This document shows positions 38,473 to 48,959 of a stretch of 64,000 nucleotides of DNA, in pieces. The stretch comes from Chloroflexota bacterium (GTDB lineage Bacteria; Chloroflexota; Dehalococcoidia; Lucifugimonadales; UBA3495): the NCBI GenBank assembly GCA_027623675.1, contig JAQBVF010000008.1, forward strand, positions 32,001 through 96,000, read 5' to 3'. Position 1 is the stretch's first letter, and each line of letters starts with the position of its first letter. The notes under the pieces are model-generated. The model saw only the letters and a program-made list of their open reading frames with translations, made no database searches and was not told the origin of the DNA. The position numbers were made by a program, and so were the translations under genes.

Positions 38473-39033
38473 ATGCAGGCAGAGATACAACACCTGAACC
38501 AGGCCGCCTTGGAAGCCGGGCTTGATGAGATACGCCGTTCGCCCAAGGACCAGTCCGTCCTCGACCTGATCGTGAGCCGTCCCGGTGAGAACGAGCGGGA
38601 GGTCATGGAACTGGCCGACCTGGACACCAACCTGGGGCTGGTGGGAGACACCTGGGTCGACCGGCCCAGCTCCCGCAGCGGCGACGGCAAAGCCCACCCC
38701 GACATGCAGATCACCATCATGAACTCGCGGGTCGCCAATCTGGTGGCCCAGACCAAGGACCGTTGGCCGCTGGCCGGCGACCAGTTGTTCGCCGACATCG
38801 ACCTCAGCGCCGCGAACATGCCACCCGGCACCCGCATCGCCGTGGGCCAGGCCGTCCTGGAAGCCACCGACCAGCCCCACACCGGCTGCAAGAAGTTCGC
38901 CGCCCGGTTCGGTGTTGACGCGTTGAAGCTCCTCAACTCCCCCGCCGGCAAGGAACTGCAACTCCGGGGCATCAACCTGAAAGTGGTGCAGAACGGCGAG
39001 ATCAAGCCCGGAGACCCGATTAAAAAACTTTAG
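38473..39033 (+). CDS. MOSC domain protein
   Basis: GLVGD, GDQL, PHTGCKKF, LRGIN..VV..GEI..GD. Confidence 0.88.
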   Translation: MQAEIQHLNQAALEAGLDEIRRSPKDQSVLDLIVSRPGENEREVMELADLDTNLGLVGDTWVDRPSSRSGDGKAHPDMQITIMNSRVANLVAQTKDRWPLAGDQLFADIDLSAANMPPGTRIAVGQAVLEATDQPHTGCKKFAARFGVDALKLLNSPAGKELQLRGINLKVVQNGEIKPGDPIKKL

Positions 39034-39104
39034 GCCAGACACTCTCGTCAAGAAGCCATAGGGCCATACCTGACTCCCCGGAAATAACCGATAGAGGTGC
39101 CACC

Positions 39105-40205
39105 ATGGTCACTCTGACCGCGCCCGACGCCGTGTCGATGGACAGCCAGAAACTGGACCACGTGAAGCAGCTATTCCACCAGCAGATAGCCGACGGCCTG
39201 CATCCGGGGGCCGGACTGGCCGTGTACCGCTACGGCCACCTGGTCCTGGACATCTTCGGAGGCGTCACCGACTCCGAGCCGGTAACCTCCGGCACCATGT
39301 TCGTGCTGATGTCCTCCACCAAGCCTCTGACCGCCTCGTGCCTCTACATGCTGAAGGAGCGGGGCAAGATTGCCTATGACGACCTGGTCTCTAAATACTG
39401 GCCCGAGTTCGCCCAGAACGGCAAAGAGACGGTGACCATCCGCCACATCTTGACCCACCGCGGCGGCTTTCCGGAGACCCCCAAGTCCCTGCCATCCAGC
39501 GATTGGCCCGACTGGAGCAAGGTGACCCGCGCCATGGAACAGGCGCCAACGATCTACACCCCCGGCGAGACCATGGCCTACCATCCCATCAACTATGGCT
39601 GGGTCATCGCCGAGATCGTCCGGAGGGTGGATGGGCGAACCTTCGACCGGTTCATCGCCGAGGAACTCACCGCCCCGCTTGGCATGGACAACACCTACGT
39701 GGGCTTGCCCGCGGGCTTGGAGGGCCGGGTGTCGCCCATGCACAAGATGGAAGATGACGCCGACCCCAGCGGCTACAGCGCGACGTTCAGCCAACCGCCG
39801 GTGTGGCGGTCCATCGTGCCCGGCGCGGCAGGGGTCGCCACGGCCGGAGACCTGGCCCGGTTCTACGCCATGATGGAGCGCCAAGGCTCCCTGGACGGCG
39901 CCACGGTGGTCCAGACCGATACGGTGGCCGAAGCCGTCGCATTGCAGGTGGAAGGCACCGACCAGTCGTTGGGCGCCTTCGCCCAGCGCTCCTTGGGTCT
40001 GGCCCTGGCCGACGAGCGCATGGGCAGGTCCGCCGGAAGCCCGTTGAACACATTCGGTCACGGCGGCGCCGGCACGTCCATCGGGTGGGCCGACCATGAC
40101 TCGGGCCTGGCCGTGGGCTACATCACCAACGGCTTCCGGGGCAACGTCAACAACAATGCCCGGCTGGCCGCCATCTCCCAGTCAATCAGGGACGCCTGCG
40201 TCTAA
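39105..40205 (+). CDS. Serine hydrolase, beta-lactamase/esterase family
   Basis: SSTK, LTHRGG, AYH, FGHGG. Confidence 0.92.
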   Translation: MVTLTAPDAVSMDSQKLDHVKQLFHQQIADGLHPGAGLAVYRYGHLVLDIFGGVTDSEPVTSGTMFVLMSSTKPLTASCLYMLKERGKIAYDDLVSKYWPEFAQNGKETVTIRHILTHRGGFPETPKSLPSSDWPDWSKVTRAMEQAPTIYTPGETMAYHPINYGWVIAEIVRRVDGRTFDRFIAEELTAPLGMDNTYVGLPAGLEGRVSPMHKMEDDADPSGYSATFSQPPVWRSIVPGAAGVATAGDLARFYAMMERQGSLDGATVVQTDTVAEAVALQVEGTDQSLGAFAQRSLGLALADERMGRSAGSPLNTFGHGGAGTSIGWADHDSGLAVGYITNGFRGNVNNNARLAAISQSIRDACV

Positions 40206-40344
40206 ACTGGCCAGAACTCCACCGCCTTAAATACCTCTTGAATCACCGTACGCGGATCGCATCCGATGCGGTGATTCGTTGCGCATCCGGTCCAGACAGT
40301 CACTCACTGAACCTAGCACATGCCATCGGCTGGAGGTTAGAACC

Positions 40345-41262
40345 GTGGGAACCACCGAAGGAATCTTGGGCGGCAACCTGTCCCGGCGGGCGTTCCTAAG
40401 CAAGCTGGCCCTGGCCGCCGGCGGCTCGGCGGTCGCCTTGGCTTGCGGCCCCGAAGCCACGCGCATCCTGTCCACCACCACCTCATCCCAGACACCGGCC
40501 ACTGAGGCCTCCCCGGCAACCGCACCGACAACGGCGTCCACCGCGGACCGCGGAGATTCCCAAGATTCCATCGAGGCCGGTCCGGTTGAGTTCGAGGGCA
40601 ACGGAGCGAAGCTGCTGGGGTATCTTTCCCGGCCCACTCTGCCCGGACCCCATCCCGGTATCGGGGTGGTGCACGAGAACCGGGGCCTGCTGCCCCATTT
40701 CGAAGATGTCACCCGCCGGTTCGCGCGGGAGGGGTACGTCGCCCTGGCCATCGACGCGCTGTCTCGGGAAGGGGGCGCGGCGGCTTTCGCCGGGGGCAGT
40801 GAGATGCTCGCTGCGTTGCGCGGCATCCCCACGGAACAGGTAGTCGCCGATGGCAACGCCGCCGTGCGGTTCCTCCAGGACCAGAGTTATGTCCGGAGCG
40901 ACCGGGTCGGCGCCACCGGGTTCTGCTTCGGCGGCAGCATCGTGTGGCTGATGGCCGTCGGCAATCCGGAGTTGCGGGCAGCCGTCCCCTTCTACGGCAG
41001 CGCGCCGCCACTGGAAGACGTGCCCAACCTACAGGCGCCGGTGTTGGGCATCTACGCCGGTGAGGACTCGCGCATCAACGCGGGGGTTTCAGCCCTGGAA
41101 GACACCCTGAGATCGGAAGGCAAGGACTACAAGTTCGTGACCTATCCGGGCGCCAACCACGCGTTCTTCAACGACACTGGCAGCCGCTACAATCCCCAGG
41201 CGGCTGAGGCGGCCTGGATGGAAACCCTGGACTGGTTCGAAGACCATCTGATGGATACCTGA
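40345..41262 (+). CDS. Dienelactone hydrolase family protein with Tat lipoprotein signal
   Basis: SRRAFL twin-arginine motif, ALAC, HENRGL, GFCFGG, HAFFND. Confidence 0.9.
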   Translation: MGTTEGILGGNLSRRAFLSKLALAAGGSAVALACGPEATRILSTTTSSQTPATEASPATAPTTASTADRGDSQDSIEAGPVEFEGNGAKLLGYLSRPTLPGPHPGIGVVHENRGLLPHFEDVTRRFAREGYVALAIDALSREGGAAAFAGGSEMLAALRGIPTEQVVADGNAAVRFLQDQSYVRSDRVGATGFCFGGSIVWLMAVGNPELRAAVPFYGSAPPLEDVPNLQAPVLGIYAGEDSRINAGVSALEDTLRSEGKDYKFVTYPGANHAFFNDTGSRYNPQAAEAAWMETLDWFEDHLMDT

Positions 41263-41376
41263 CCGGAGGCCTAGTCAGGGACCCTAAAACCCTGGCCTGG
41301 TAGGGCTCCGGTCACCGCCACGGCCATCTCAGCCCCGGGTGCCCCTTCCCTCCTAAGGCGCCGCGCCATCACGCCG

Positions 41377-42669
41377 CTAGGCCGGGCCGGGGTTGCCGGT
41401 TGCGGCGGCTTTGGCGAAGTCGGCCGCAAAGGCCTCCGGGCTCATGTTGGCGAACCTGGCTAGTTGCTCCAGGGTCTCCCGGTTGTCCAGGTCCTTTTGC
41501 TCCAACCGGATCATGTACTCCTGCGCCACCGCGTAGTATTCGGAATGAACATCCACCCGGCGCACCCGTATCCGGCCGGTGTCCGGGTCCCGCAGTTCGT
41601 CGAAACCCAACACGGTCCGGTGGCCGTCCACCTGGCAGATCAGCCCGCCGAAACGCAGTTTCTCGTCCTCGGTGTCGGACAGTAGGAACCGGACCGCGCC
41701 GTAGCCCAAGGTACGCGTGTAATCGATGTCGAACGGGATGGGACGCGCGCCACGAAGCTGGTAGCCAAGGGTAACATCCACGATGGCGATGTCCTCGCCC
41801 CGCTGGGAGAAGGCCTGCTGGACGTACCTGCGCAAGATGATCGCCAATGGAATGTCGTTCAGGCTGATGTGGCCGTAGGAGTCGTGTTCCACGCTCACGC
41901 CAGGCAGGTTTTCCAATTCATCGGCGGCCAGCTTCTCAGCGATGCCCTCGGCGATCACCGCCACTCCGTGATTGTTGCCCATCACCCGCCGCTTCAGTAT
42001 GGCGCCTTCCAATATCTTGGAGATCTCCGCCAAGCGCGGGCCATCGCCGGAGAATTCCTCCGGGATCAGCGCCAACGTTGCCCCCGCCGCTTTGGTGATA
42101 CCCAGCGCCAGGTGGCCGGCCTCCCGCCCCATCACCACTACGAAGTACCACCGGTTGGTCGTCCGGGCTTCCTCCATCAGATTGAGCACCGCCTCGGTGC
42201 CGGCCTGGCGCACGGTCTCGAATCCGAACGTGGGCTGGCCGCCCGGCAGCGGCAGGTCGTTATCGATGGTCTTGGGCACATGGGCCACCTTGAGTCCGCC
42301 ATCGGCGGCCCTGGCCACCTCCGATGCGCCGTAAGCGGTGTCGTCGCCGCCGATGGTCACCAGGTAATCGATGCCCAGTTGCTTGATGCTCTCCACGGTC
42401 CGGCGCAGGTCTTTTTCCCGCCGGGCCGGGTTGGTGCGCGAGGTCCTGAGGACCGACCCGCCCTGGGAGTGGATCCGCGACACATCGGATATCGCCAGCG
42501 GACGGACCATGTCGGTCCGGCCGTCCGCCAGGTGCTTGAAGCCGTCGATGATGCCCACCACCGACAGGCCGGAATTTACCGCTTCGATGGTGGCGGCGCT
42601 GATGGCGCTGTTGATGCCCGGCGCGGGCCCGCCGCCGACGAGGATACCCATCCGTCCGATCTTAGCCAT
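41377..42669 (-). CDS. pfp: Pyrophosphate-dependent phosphofructokinase
   Basis: GGGPAPG, GGDDT and PKTIDND (PPi-type signature), MGR. Confidence 0.88.
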   Translation of the reverse strand: MAKIGRMGILVGGGPAPGINSAISAATIEAVNSGLSVVGIIDGFKHLADGRTDMVRPLAISDVSRIHSQGGSVLRTSRTNPARREKDLRRTVESIKQLGIDYLVTIGGDDTAYGASEVARAADGGLKVAHVPKTIDNDLPLPGGQPTFGFETVRQAGTEAVLNLMEEARTTNRWYFVVVMGREAGHLALGITKAAGATLALIPEEFSGDGPRLAEISKILEGAILKRRVMGNNHGVAVIAEGIAEKLAADELENLPGVSVEHDSYGHISLNDIPLAIILRRYVQQAFSQRGEDIAIVDVTLGYQLRGARPIPFDIDYTRTLGYGAVRFLLSDTEDEKLRFGGLICQVDGHRTVLGFDELRDPDTGRIRVRRVDVHSEYYAVAQEYMIRLEQKDLDNRETLEQLARFANMSPEAFAADFAKAAATGNPGPA

Positions 42670-42826
42670 GGTTATGTCACCCCCATCCAGTCGGGTTCGT
42701 TTTCAGCCAATCTCAATGCAGTACCAAGAGATCCATTCACCGGTTTGGTGCCCGGAACGCCAGCGCTGGTCTTGCGCCCCGGGACCGTCGCCCCAGACTG
42801 CGCGGACCTCGCCGCTCAGGCGAAGG

Positions 42827-43843
42827 CTAGTCCATCACCAGCACGCATTTGCCGGTGGTCGACCCGTCGAATTCGCGGAAGGCCTCCACCGCCTTATCCA
42901 GCGGATAGCGGTGGGTGATCAGCTTGTTCAGCGGGGCCTTGGTGGTCACGAAGAAGCGCTCGATCTCGATCAGCTCCGCCTTGCTAAAGGTCCACGACCC
43001 GAAGATCGTGGCCACCTTGAATATTACGTCGCGGTTGAAGTCGATCTCCGCCGGGCCGCCGATGCCCACGTAACAGCACCGGCCAAAGGGCCGCAGACAC
43101 TCCAGGGCCTGGTGACGGGCCAAGGGGTTGCCCGATGTCTCCAGCGACGCCGTGACGCCCAGTCCGCCGGTCAGGTCCCGGATGGCCTCCACGGCGTTGG
43201 CCTCGGATGAGTTGATGACGTGGTCAGCGCCCAATTCCTTGGCCAATTCCAATCGCTCCGGCACGACGTCGATGGCGATGACCCGCGCGCCCATCGCCTT
43301 GGCCGACAGCGTGCCGCTGGCCCCCACCGGCCCCTGGCCGAACACCGCCACGATGTCCCTGCCCGAAAGGTTCATCTTCTTCAGACCGTTCCAGGCGGTG
43401 CCGGTGCCGCAGGAGATGGCCGCGCCCTCTTCGAACGACAGCTCGTCGTCGAGATGCACCAGCGTGCGGGACGGCACCAGGATGTAGTCGGCGTTGGCGC
43501 CGTGGCCCGTGCCGCCGCCGTAGGTGACTCGGCCCTGGGGGCAAAGCTGCTCGTAGCCCATGGAGCAGTTCTCGCAGACCCCGCACCCGGCGTAGTGGTG
43601 GCAGATGACCCGGTCGCCGACCTTGATTCCGGGAGGAGCGCCGGGACCCATCTCTTCGATAACGCCGCACGGCTCGTGGCCGGTGATCATGTTGGTCGGC
43701 TCGGAGCTTCGGTACCGGTGCAGGTCAGTGCCGCAGAGTCCCGACGCCCGCACCTTCAGCACCGCCTCTCCCGGACCGGCATGGGGGTCTGGAAACTCCC
43801 TGATCTCGGCCTGCCTATTCCCCGGAAATGTCACTCCGCGCAT
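42827..43843 (-). CDS. Zinc-binding alcohol dehydrogenase (MDR)
   Basis: GLCGTD, GHE, CGVCENC.......C, GQGPVG. Confidence 0.92.
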   Translation of the reverse strand: MRGVTFPGNRQAEIREFPDPHAGPGEAVLKVRASGLCGTDLHRYRSSEPTNMITGHEPCGVIEEMGPGAPPGIKVGDRVICHHYAGCGVCENCSMGYEQLCPQGRVTYGGGTGHGANADYILVPSRTLVHLDDELSFEEGAAISCGTGTAWNGLKKMNLSGRDIVAVFGQGPVGASGTLSAKAMGARVIAIDVVPERLELAKELGADHVINSSEANAVEAIRDLTGGLGVTASLETSGNPLARHQALECLRPFGRCCYVGIGGPAEIDFNRDVIFKVATIFGSWTFSKAELIEIERFFVTTKAPLNKLITHRYPLDKAVEAFREFDGSTTGKCVLVMD

Positions 43844-44140
43844 CTTATAACTCCTGGTACGGTTGTTCGGGATATTTTAGCGGTCCCGCCGGTCCTCTGC
43901 ATTTGCGGCGCTAGGTCAGCGTGTTGCCGCGGGTGGCTGTCTGGCCGACGTGAAGTTCCGACGTTAAGTTCCGTGGAATCCCCCTGTCTAATCACTGGTC
44001 ATCTTTCGGGCTAAACTTCTTTCGGGCGTTCACCCGGCGGCATCAACTTCGATTTAATCTACTTTCCTCTTTGGAACGTCCGCCGTCAATCTGCCATAAT
44101 GGGCGGCATCTCAAAGAGGTAGCCCCCCACTGCGAGGACC

Positions 44141-44917
44141 ATGCCCCACCAAACGGTACACGACCGGTTCTACAACGCCCGCCACGACCCGTCTCTGGTG
44201 GTTATCGAGGGATTCCATCCTTTGAAGCACGCCATCAGGTTCGGCGCCGAGGTGATGGAGGCGGTCAGCCCCAACCTGGAAAACCTGGCGGCGCTGCAGG
44301 CCGAGTATGCCCCCGACATCACGGTAGCCATGACAGATTGGGTATCGGAGGTCACCGGAGAGCTATTCGACACCCTGGCGCCGGTCAGTCCTCCCACCGG
44401 GGTGATGGCCATCGCCCGGCACCCTGACGTGGATGTTGCGGCCCTCTTGGCCGACCCGGCCCCAGCGCCCGTGGTCCTGCTGGAGAACCCCCGCAACCTG
44501 TTCAACATCGGGGCCGCCGTGCGCGCCGCCGCCGCCGCCGGGGCCGCCGGAGTGTTGAACACCGGGAACCTGGACCCCTTCAAGCCCGCGGCATTAACCA
44601 GCGGTGTCGGACTACAATTCGCCATGCCGGTGGCCCGCGTCAGATCCCTGCCCCAGTGCGGCCGCCCTCTGGTGGCCGTCGACCTGGGCGGAGAATCCCT
44701 GCCGGACTTCGAACTTCCCCAACGGGCACTGCTGGCATTTGGCACCGAGCGGCAGGGACTGAGCCAGGAGCTGCTCGACGCCGCCGACCACCGGGTGTCC
44801 ATCCCCATGGAGAACGGGGTATCGAGCCTGAATCTGGCCTGCTCCGTGGCGGTGGTCCTCTATCATTGGAAGCTGGGCGGTACTCGGGGGAAGCTAATGG
44901 GAACTAGGCGTTACTAG
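44141..44917 (+). CDS. TrmH/SpoU family RNA methyltransferase
   Basis: EG, NPRNLFNIGA..R, FGTERQGL, IPM...VSSLNLA. Confidence 0.9.
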   Translation: MPHQTVHDRFYNARHDPSLVVIEGFHPLKHAIRFGAEVMEAVSPNLENLAALQAEYAPDITVAMTDWVSEVTGELFDTLAPVSPPTGVMAIARHPDVDVAALLADPAPAPVVLLENPRNLFNIGAAVRAAAAAGAAGVLNTGNLDPFKPAALTSGVGLQFAMPVARVRSLPQCGRPLVAVDLGGESLPDFELPQRALLAFGTERQGLSQELLDAADHRVSIPMENGVSSLNLACSVAVVLYHWKLGGTRGKLMGTRRY

Positions 44918-44972
44918 GCGGGAATTCGGCAGTTAACCCGAGGCTTGCGCAATTCAACCATGAGGGATCGAG

Positions 44973-45863
44973 ATGAGCACTAGAGATCTGGTCGGCTACG
45001 GCGCCAATCCACCGGTGGTCAAATGGCCCAACGACGCCCGGATCGCCATATCCGTGGTGGTCAACTACGAAGAGGGTTCCGAATACTCGACACTGGACGG
45101 CGATCCCAGCGGCGAGACCGGAGGGGAATCGCCGTCGCCGGTGGGTCCGGGCGAGCGGGACCTGGCCAACGAGTCGTTCTTCGAGTACGGCAGCCGGGTC
45201 GGTGTCTGGCGAATCATGAACGTCCTGGACAAACACGGCGTCAACGGCACCTTTTTCGCCTGCGCACTGGCCCTGGAACGCAACCCCGAGGTCGGGCCGG
45301 AGATCATCCGCCGAGGCCACGAGGTCATGGGCCACGGCAACCGTTGGGAGGAATACTACAAGATGGACCGGGACTCGGAGCGGGAGGCCATCCGCCAGGC
45401 GGTGGAGTCCATGACCAAGACCACCGGGCAGCGCCCCACCGGCTGGTATACCCGCTACGGACCCAGCTTGAACACCCGGGAGTTGGTGGTCGAAGAGGGC
45501 GGGTTCGATTACGACTGCAACGCCTACAACGACGACCTGCCCTACTACACCCAGGTCCACGGCAAGCCCTGGCTGGTGGTGCCCTATTCACTGGAGGTAA
45601 ACGACTTCAAGTTCTGGCGCGGTGAGTTGATCACGCCCAGCGACTTCTTCGAGGCGGCCAAGTCGTGCTTCGACATGCTCTACGAAGAGGGCGCAACCCA
45701 CCCCAAGATGATGTCGGTTGGCCTGCACTGCCGTATCATCGGCAAACCCTCACGGGCGTACGCTCTCGACCAGTTCCTCAAATATGCCTCGGAAAAATCG
45801 GGGGTCTGGTTCGCCCGCCGGGACGAGATCGCCCGCTGGTGGAAAGAGCAGTATCCGGCATAG
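44973..45863 (+). CDS. Polysaccharide deacetylase family, PuuE/allantoinase-like
   Basis: RDLVGYG, VNYEEG, EYGSRVG, HG.RW, DDLPY, GLHCRIIG. Confidence 0.88.
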   Translation: MSTRDLVGYGANPPVVKWPNDARIAISVVVNYEEGSEYSTLDGDPSGETGGESPSPVGPGERDLANESFFEYGSRVGVWRIMNVLDKHGVNGTFFACALALERNPEVGPEIIRRGHEVMGHGNRWEEYYKMDRDSEREAIRQAVESMTKTTGQRPTGWYTRYGPSLNTRELVVEEGGFDYDCNAYNDDLPYYTQVHGKPWLVVPYSLEVNDFKFWRGELITPSDFFEAAKSCFDMLYEEGATHPKMMSVGLHCRIIGKPSRAYALDQFLKYASEKSGVWFARRDEIARWWKEQYPA

Positions 45864-45885
45864 GATATCCCGCAGCCCCGGACCG

Positions 45886-45953
45886 GCGTTCCCGAGATCC
45901 CCGCGTTCCAAAGATGCCCGCGTTCCAAAGATGCCCATGTTCCCGAGATGATG
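45886..45953. repeat. 17-bp tandem repeat, 4 copies (gcgttccaaagatgccc)
   Basis: Units start at 45886, 45903, 45920 and 45937; no spacers. Confidence 0.85.
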
Positions 45954-45963
45954 GAGGCCAAGA

Positions 45964-46398
45964 TTGATCGAACTTACTGAAGAGATGACGGAGCTGGTGA
46001 ACAACGCCCGGGAGAGCGGCAACCCCTGCATCGTGGCCACCGCCGCGCCCGGCGGCACGCCCAACTGCGGCTACATCGGCACCGTTCTGGCGCTGGACGG
46101 CGGATCGTTCGTCTACCGGGACCGCAGCGGCCGCACCCCGCTGGAGCACATTGAAGAGAACCCCAAACTGGTCCTCTTATTTCGGCACGCTGCGTTGCAG
46201 ACCGGATGGAAGTTCCGTTGCACCGCATCCGTCCACCGCGACGGCCCGGTTTACGACGACTCCATAAACCGGCTCTTTCAGGCAGGGCTAATCACCGACC
46301 CAGAGTCGAAAACCGCGGCCGTAGTGCTGCGGATCGACCAGATATTGACCCTGTTCGGCGAGGTGCTGCAGGAGCGTGAACCGGGACTTGTCTGGTAG
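45964..46398 (+). CDS. Pyridoxamine 5'-phosphate oxidase-like (split-barrel flavin-binding) protein
   Basis: IVATAAPGGTPN, IEENPK; TTG start with GGAGG RBS. Confidence 0.75.
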   Translation: MIELTEEMTELVNNARESGNPCIVATAAPGGTPNCGYIGTVLALDGGSFVYRDRSGRTPLEHIEENPKLVLLFRHAALQTGWKFRCTASVHRDGPVYDDSINRLFQAGLITDPESKTAAVVLRIDQILTLFGEVLQEREPGLVW

Positions 46399-46517
46399 GA
46401 GCGCCGGGCAATGTCCACCGGTCGCTTCTAGCGCCACAGGCGGCTAAAGGGCTAGCCCGAATCTCACCCCCAGATTAGCTCTGTTGGGTGATGCCCCTGC
46501 CCCGCGCTGACCCCAAA

Positions 46518-46910
46518 ATGGTATTCATGATGATGTATCAGTTAAAGGGTTGTCAGAAGTGCCGCGGGGACCTTACTTTGACGGGTGACGAATGGCGCTG
46601 CATGCAATGCGGACGCTACTACTATCCCAAGCTGGCCACCTCCGGTCCAGTCAACAGGATGCTCCCTCCGGATGTGCCCATCGCCGAACGCCGGCAAGTC
46701 CGGCAGCCAGGCGGAGTGGTGAGCAATAACCCTAACCGGTTGATCGATGCCCAGGCATCCAGGGACCGGCAATGGAAGGACCGGAACAAGCTGGTTGTCC
46801 ACTACTTGGACCGGGGCTTCGACATCCGCGAGATTGCCGAACGGACCGGGATCACACCAAGAAATATACGCTCGGTAAGGGAACGGCTGTCCGAATACGC
46901 AACTGACTAG
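46518..46910 (+). CDS. Hypothetical zinc-ribbon + HTH protein
   Basis: CQKCRGDL...CMQCG and IREIAERTGITPRNIR; start uncertain. Confidence 0.7.
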   Translation: MVFMMMYQLKGCQKCRGDLTLTGDEWRCMQCGRYYYPKLATSGPVNRMLPPDVPIAERRQVRQPGGVVSNNPNRLIDAQASRDRQWKDRNKLVVHYLDRGFDIREIAERTGITPRNIRSVRERLSEYATD

Positions 46911-46987
46911 GCGGCCACTAGAAAATTCCCATTTGGTCCGTCACCCCAATTGCAATTTTTATTGCAATCTTTGTCCGCGCCTGAGTT

Positions 46988-47758
46988 TTAGTGCCCCCTA
47001 AACTCAGGCGCACGTTTTTCCAAGAACGCCGTCATACCCTCGTGGGGTATCCCCGTGTTGAATATGCGCGCGAATTCCTGGATGGTGAATCGCGCCGATT
47101 CCTCTTCGCCAACCTCCAGCCACTTAGCGACGATCTCCTTCTGCGACGCCAGCACCTCGCGGCTCATACCGGCCAGATCCTCGGCCGTTTCCTGCGCAAT
47201 TTGCAGCAACGAACCGGCGGGAACCACCCGGTCCACCAGACCGATGGCCAGCGCCTCTTGGGCGTCCACCGTCTCACCGGTTAAGAGCAGACGCCTGGCC
47301 CGGCCCAGACCAATGGTCGGCGGCAGCAGCGACGCCTCAATCACCGACGGGATCCCCACCCGTACCTCCGGCAACCCCAGTACGGCATCTTCTGCCGCGA
47401 GCCGGATGTCGCAGGCAAGCGCCAACTCCAGTGCCCCGCCCAGGCAGGGACCACGGACCGCGGCGATGGCTGGGACGGCCATGGTGAGCAATTTTCTAGC
47501 TGGGGCGTGCAGCGCTTTGATGAAGATTTCGGCGGCGGCCGAGTCCAGGTCTTTCATCTCATTCAAGTCAACGCCGGCGGAGAATGCGCGGTCTCCCGAC
47601 CCCGTAAGGATGACGACCCGGACATCAATGTCCTGCTCAAGCCGCTCCAGTTCCGTCTGCAATGCCAAAAATGTCTCCAGGCCCATTAGATTGAGCGGGC
47701 CACGGCCCTCGAGCTTGGTTACCACCACACCTGACTGATCTCCACCATTCCGGATCAT
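46988..47758 (-). CDS. Enoyl-CoA hydratase/isomerase
   Basis: AFSAGVDL, CLGGALELALACD, GLPE, EGMTAFLEKR. Confidence 0.92.
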   Translation of the reverse strand: MIRNGGDQSGVVVTKLEGRGPLNLMGLETFLALQTELERLEQDIDVRVVILTGSGDRAFSAGVDLNEMKDLDSAAAEIFIKALHAPARKLLTMAVPAIAAVRGPCLGGALELALACDIRLAAEDAVLGLPEVRVGIPSVIEASLLPPTIGLGRARRLLLTGETVDAQEALAIGLVDRVVPAGSLLQIAQETAEDLAGMSREVLASQKEIVAKWLEVGEEESARFTIQEFARIFNTGIPHEGMTAFLEKRAPEFRGH

Positions 47759-47903
47759 CTGCAATTTCCTCCTGGCTCTGCCTTCGGCCCGCATCATACT
47801 TTCAACTTTGAAGTATAATACCGCCCGTGTGTTACGGACCGGCTTCGACCGTGAACACGTTAATCATCACCATCGAATCAACCATCAACTGGAGGCGGCA
47901 CAG

Positions 47904-48599
47904 ATGAATCTGCTCGTAATCACTGGCGGTAGGCACCCGTATGAAGAATCCACACCCGTTCTTGAGAGTTTCCTCAAGGCGGCGGGCCACGATGTCACCG
48001 TCACGGAAGACGCTTCGGTATTGGCCGACGCGGCCGGCATGAGCGCCTACGACGCGCTGGTCTTCAACACTCGGCGCGAAAATGCCGCCGACTTCGCCGA
48101 GATGAGGTTGCCCGAGGCCTCGCAGCACGGGATCATCAACTACGTGAAGTCCGGCAAAGGGTTCGTCTGCCTGCACATCTCCGGCTGCGGCTCTGACTAT
48201 TGGTCCGAGTTTGCCGAGATTACGGGCGGCGGCTGGGTCACGGGCACCAGTTTCCATCCACCATATGGCAACTTCGGCGTCCAGGTGAGCAACCCCAGCC
48301 ACGTGGGTGTTGCCGGGGTGTCCGACTTCAACACCGACGACGAGCTCTACATGGGCATCGACTACAAAGACGGCAACGACGTATTCCTCACCGCGACCTC
48401 GGAAGAGGGCACCTGGCCCTGGGGACCGGACCGCGCCCCCACCCACATGCCGGCGGGGACCTTCCCCCTAGCCTGGACCCGCAGCTACGGACAGGGCAAG
48501 GTGTTCACCCTGCTGCTTGGCCACGACGGCAAGAGCTTCCAATCGCCCGAGTTCCAAAAGATGGTGCTGAACGGCGTCGACTGGACCACAGGGGCTTAA
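47904..48599 (+). CDS. ThuA-like domain protein
   Basis: GGRH, GKGFVCLH, HP, DELY, WTRSYGQGKVF...LGH. Confidence 0.88.
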   Translation: MNLLVITGGRHPYEESTPVLESFLKAAGHDVTVTEDASVLADAAGMSAYDALVFNTRRENAADFAEMRLPEASQHGIINYVKSGKGFVCLHISGCGSDYWSEFAEITGGGWVTGTSFHPPYGNFGVQVSNPSHVGVAGVSDFNTDDELYMGIDYKDGNDVFLTATSEEGTWPWGPDRAPTHMPAGTFPLAWTRSYGQGKVFTLLLGHDGKSFQSPEFQKMVLNGVDWTTGA

Positions 48600-48764
48600 A
48601 TGATGTTCCAGCTCGTCAAGTTGGTGATGTTTCCCATCAGGTTCGCCCTGAAGCTGTTACGGCTGCCATTGACCATCATGAGCTGCATCACCAAGCTGGG
48701 TTGCCTGTTGGTGCTGCTCGGCATCCCGTTGGTCATCATAGTGCTGTACTTCTACCTTTACTAA
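48600..48764 (+). CDS. Small (54 aa) membrane protein not in the ORF track
   Basis: MMFQLVKLVMFPIRFALKLLRLPLTIMSCITKLGCLLVLLGIPLVIIVLYFYLY*; ATG abuts the upstream stop. Confidence 0.55.
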   Translation: MMFQLVKLVMFPIRFALKLLRLPLTIMSCITKLGCLLVLLGIPLVIIVLYFYLY

Positions 48765-48881
48765 AGGCGGGAAAGCGCTGGGGACCCAGCTTATCGGCCA
48801 GGCAGACCAAAGGGGATCAGCCCCCGCGCCCGGAAAGCCGGCGCTCCACTTTGGATACATTTAAGATCCAAAAGCCCGTAA

Positions 48882-48920
48882 AACCAAAAGCCCGGCCAAC
48901 AGTTGGCCGGGCTTTTGGTT
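48882..48920. terminator. Bidirectional terminator
   Basis: aaccaaaagcccggccaac-a-gttggccgggcttttggtt. Confidence 0.85.
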
Positions 48921-48959
48921 GATACATCACACTCGAATGTGAGTTGCCTAGGTATTTGG

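Noticed and set aside
45886..45953. Possible CRISPR array
   Set aside because: Units are 17 bp and contiguous with no spacers, and no cas genes are in the window.
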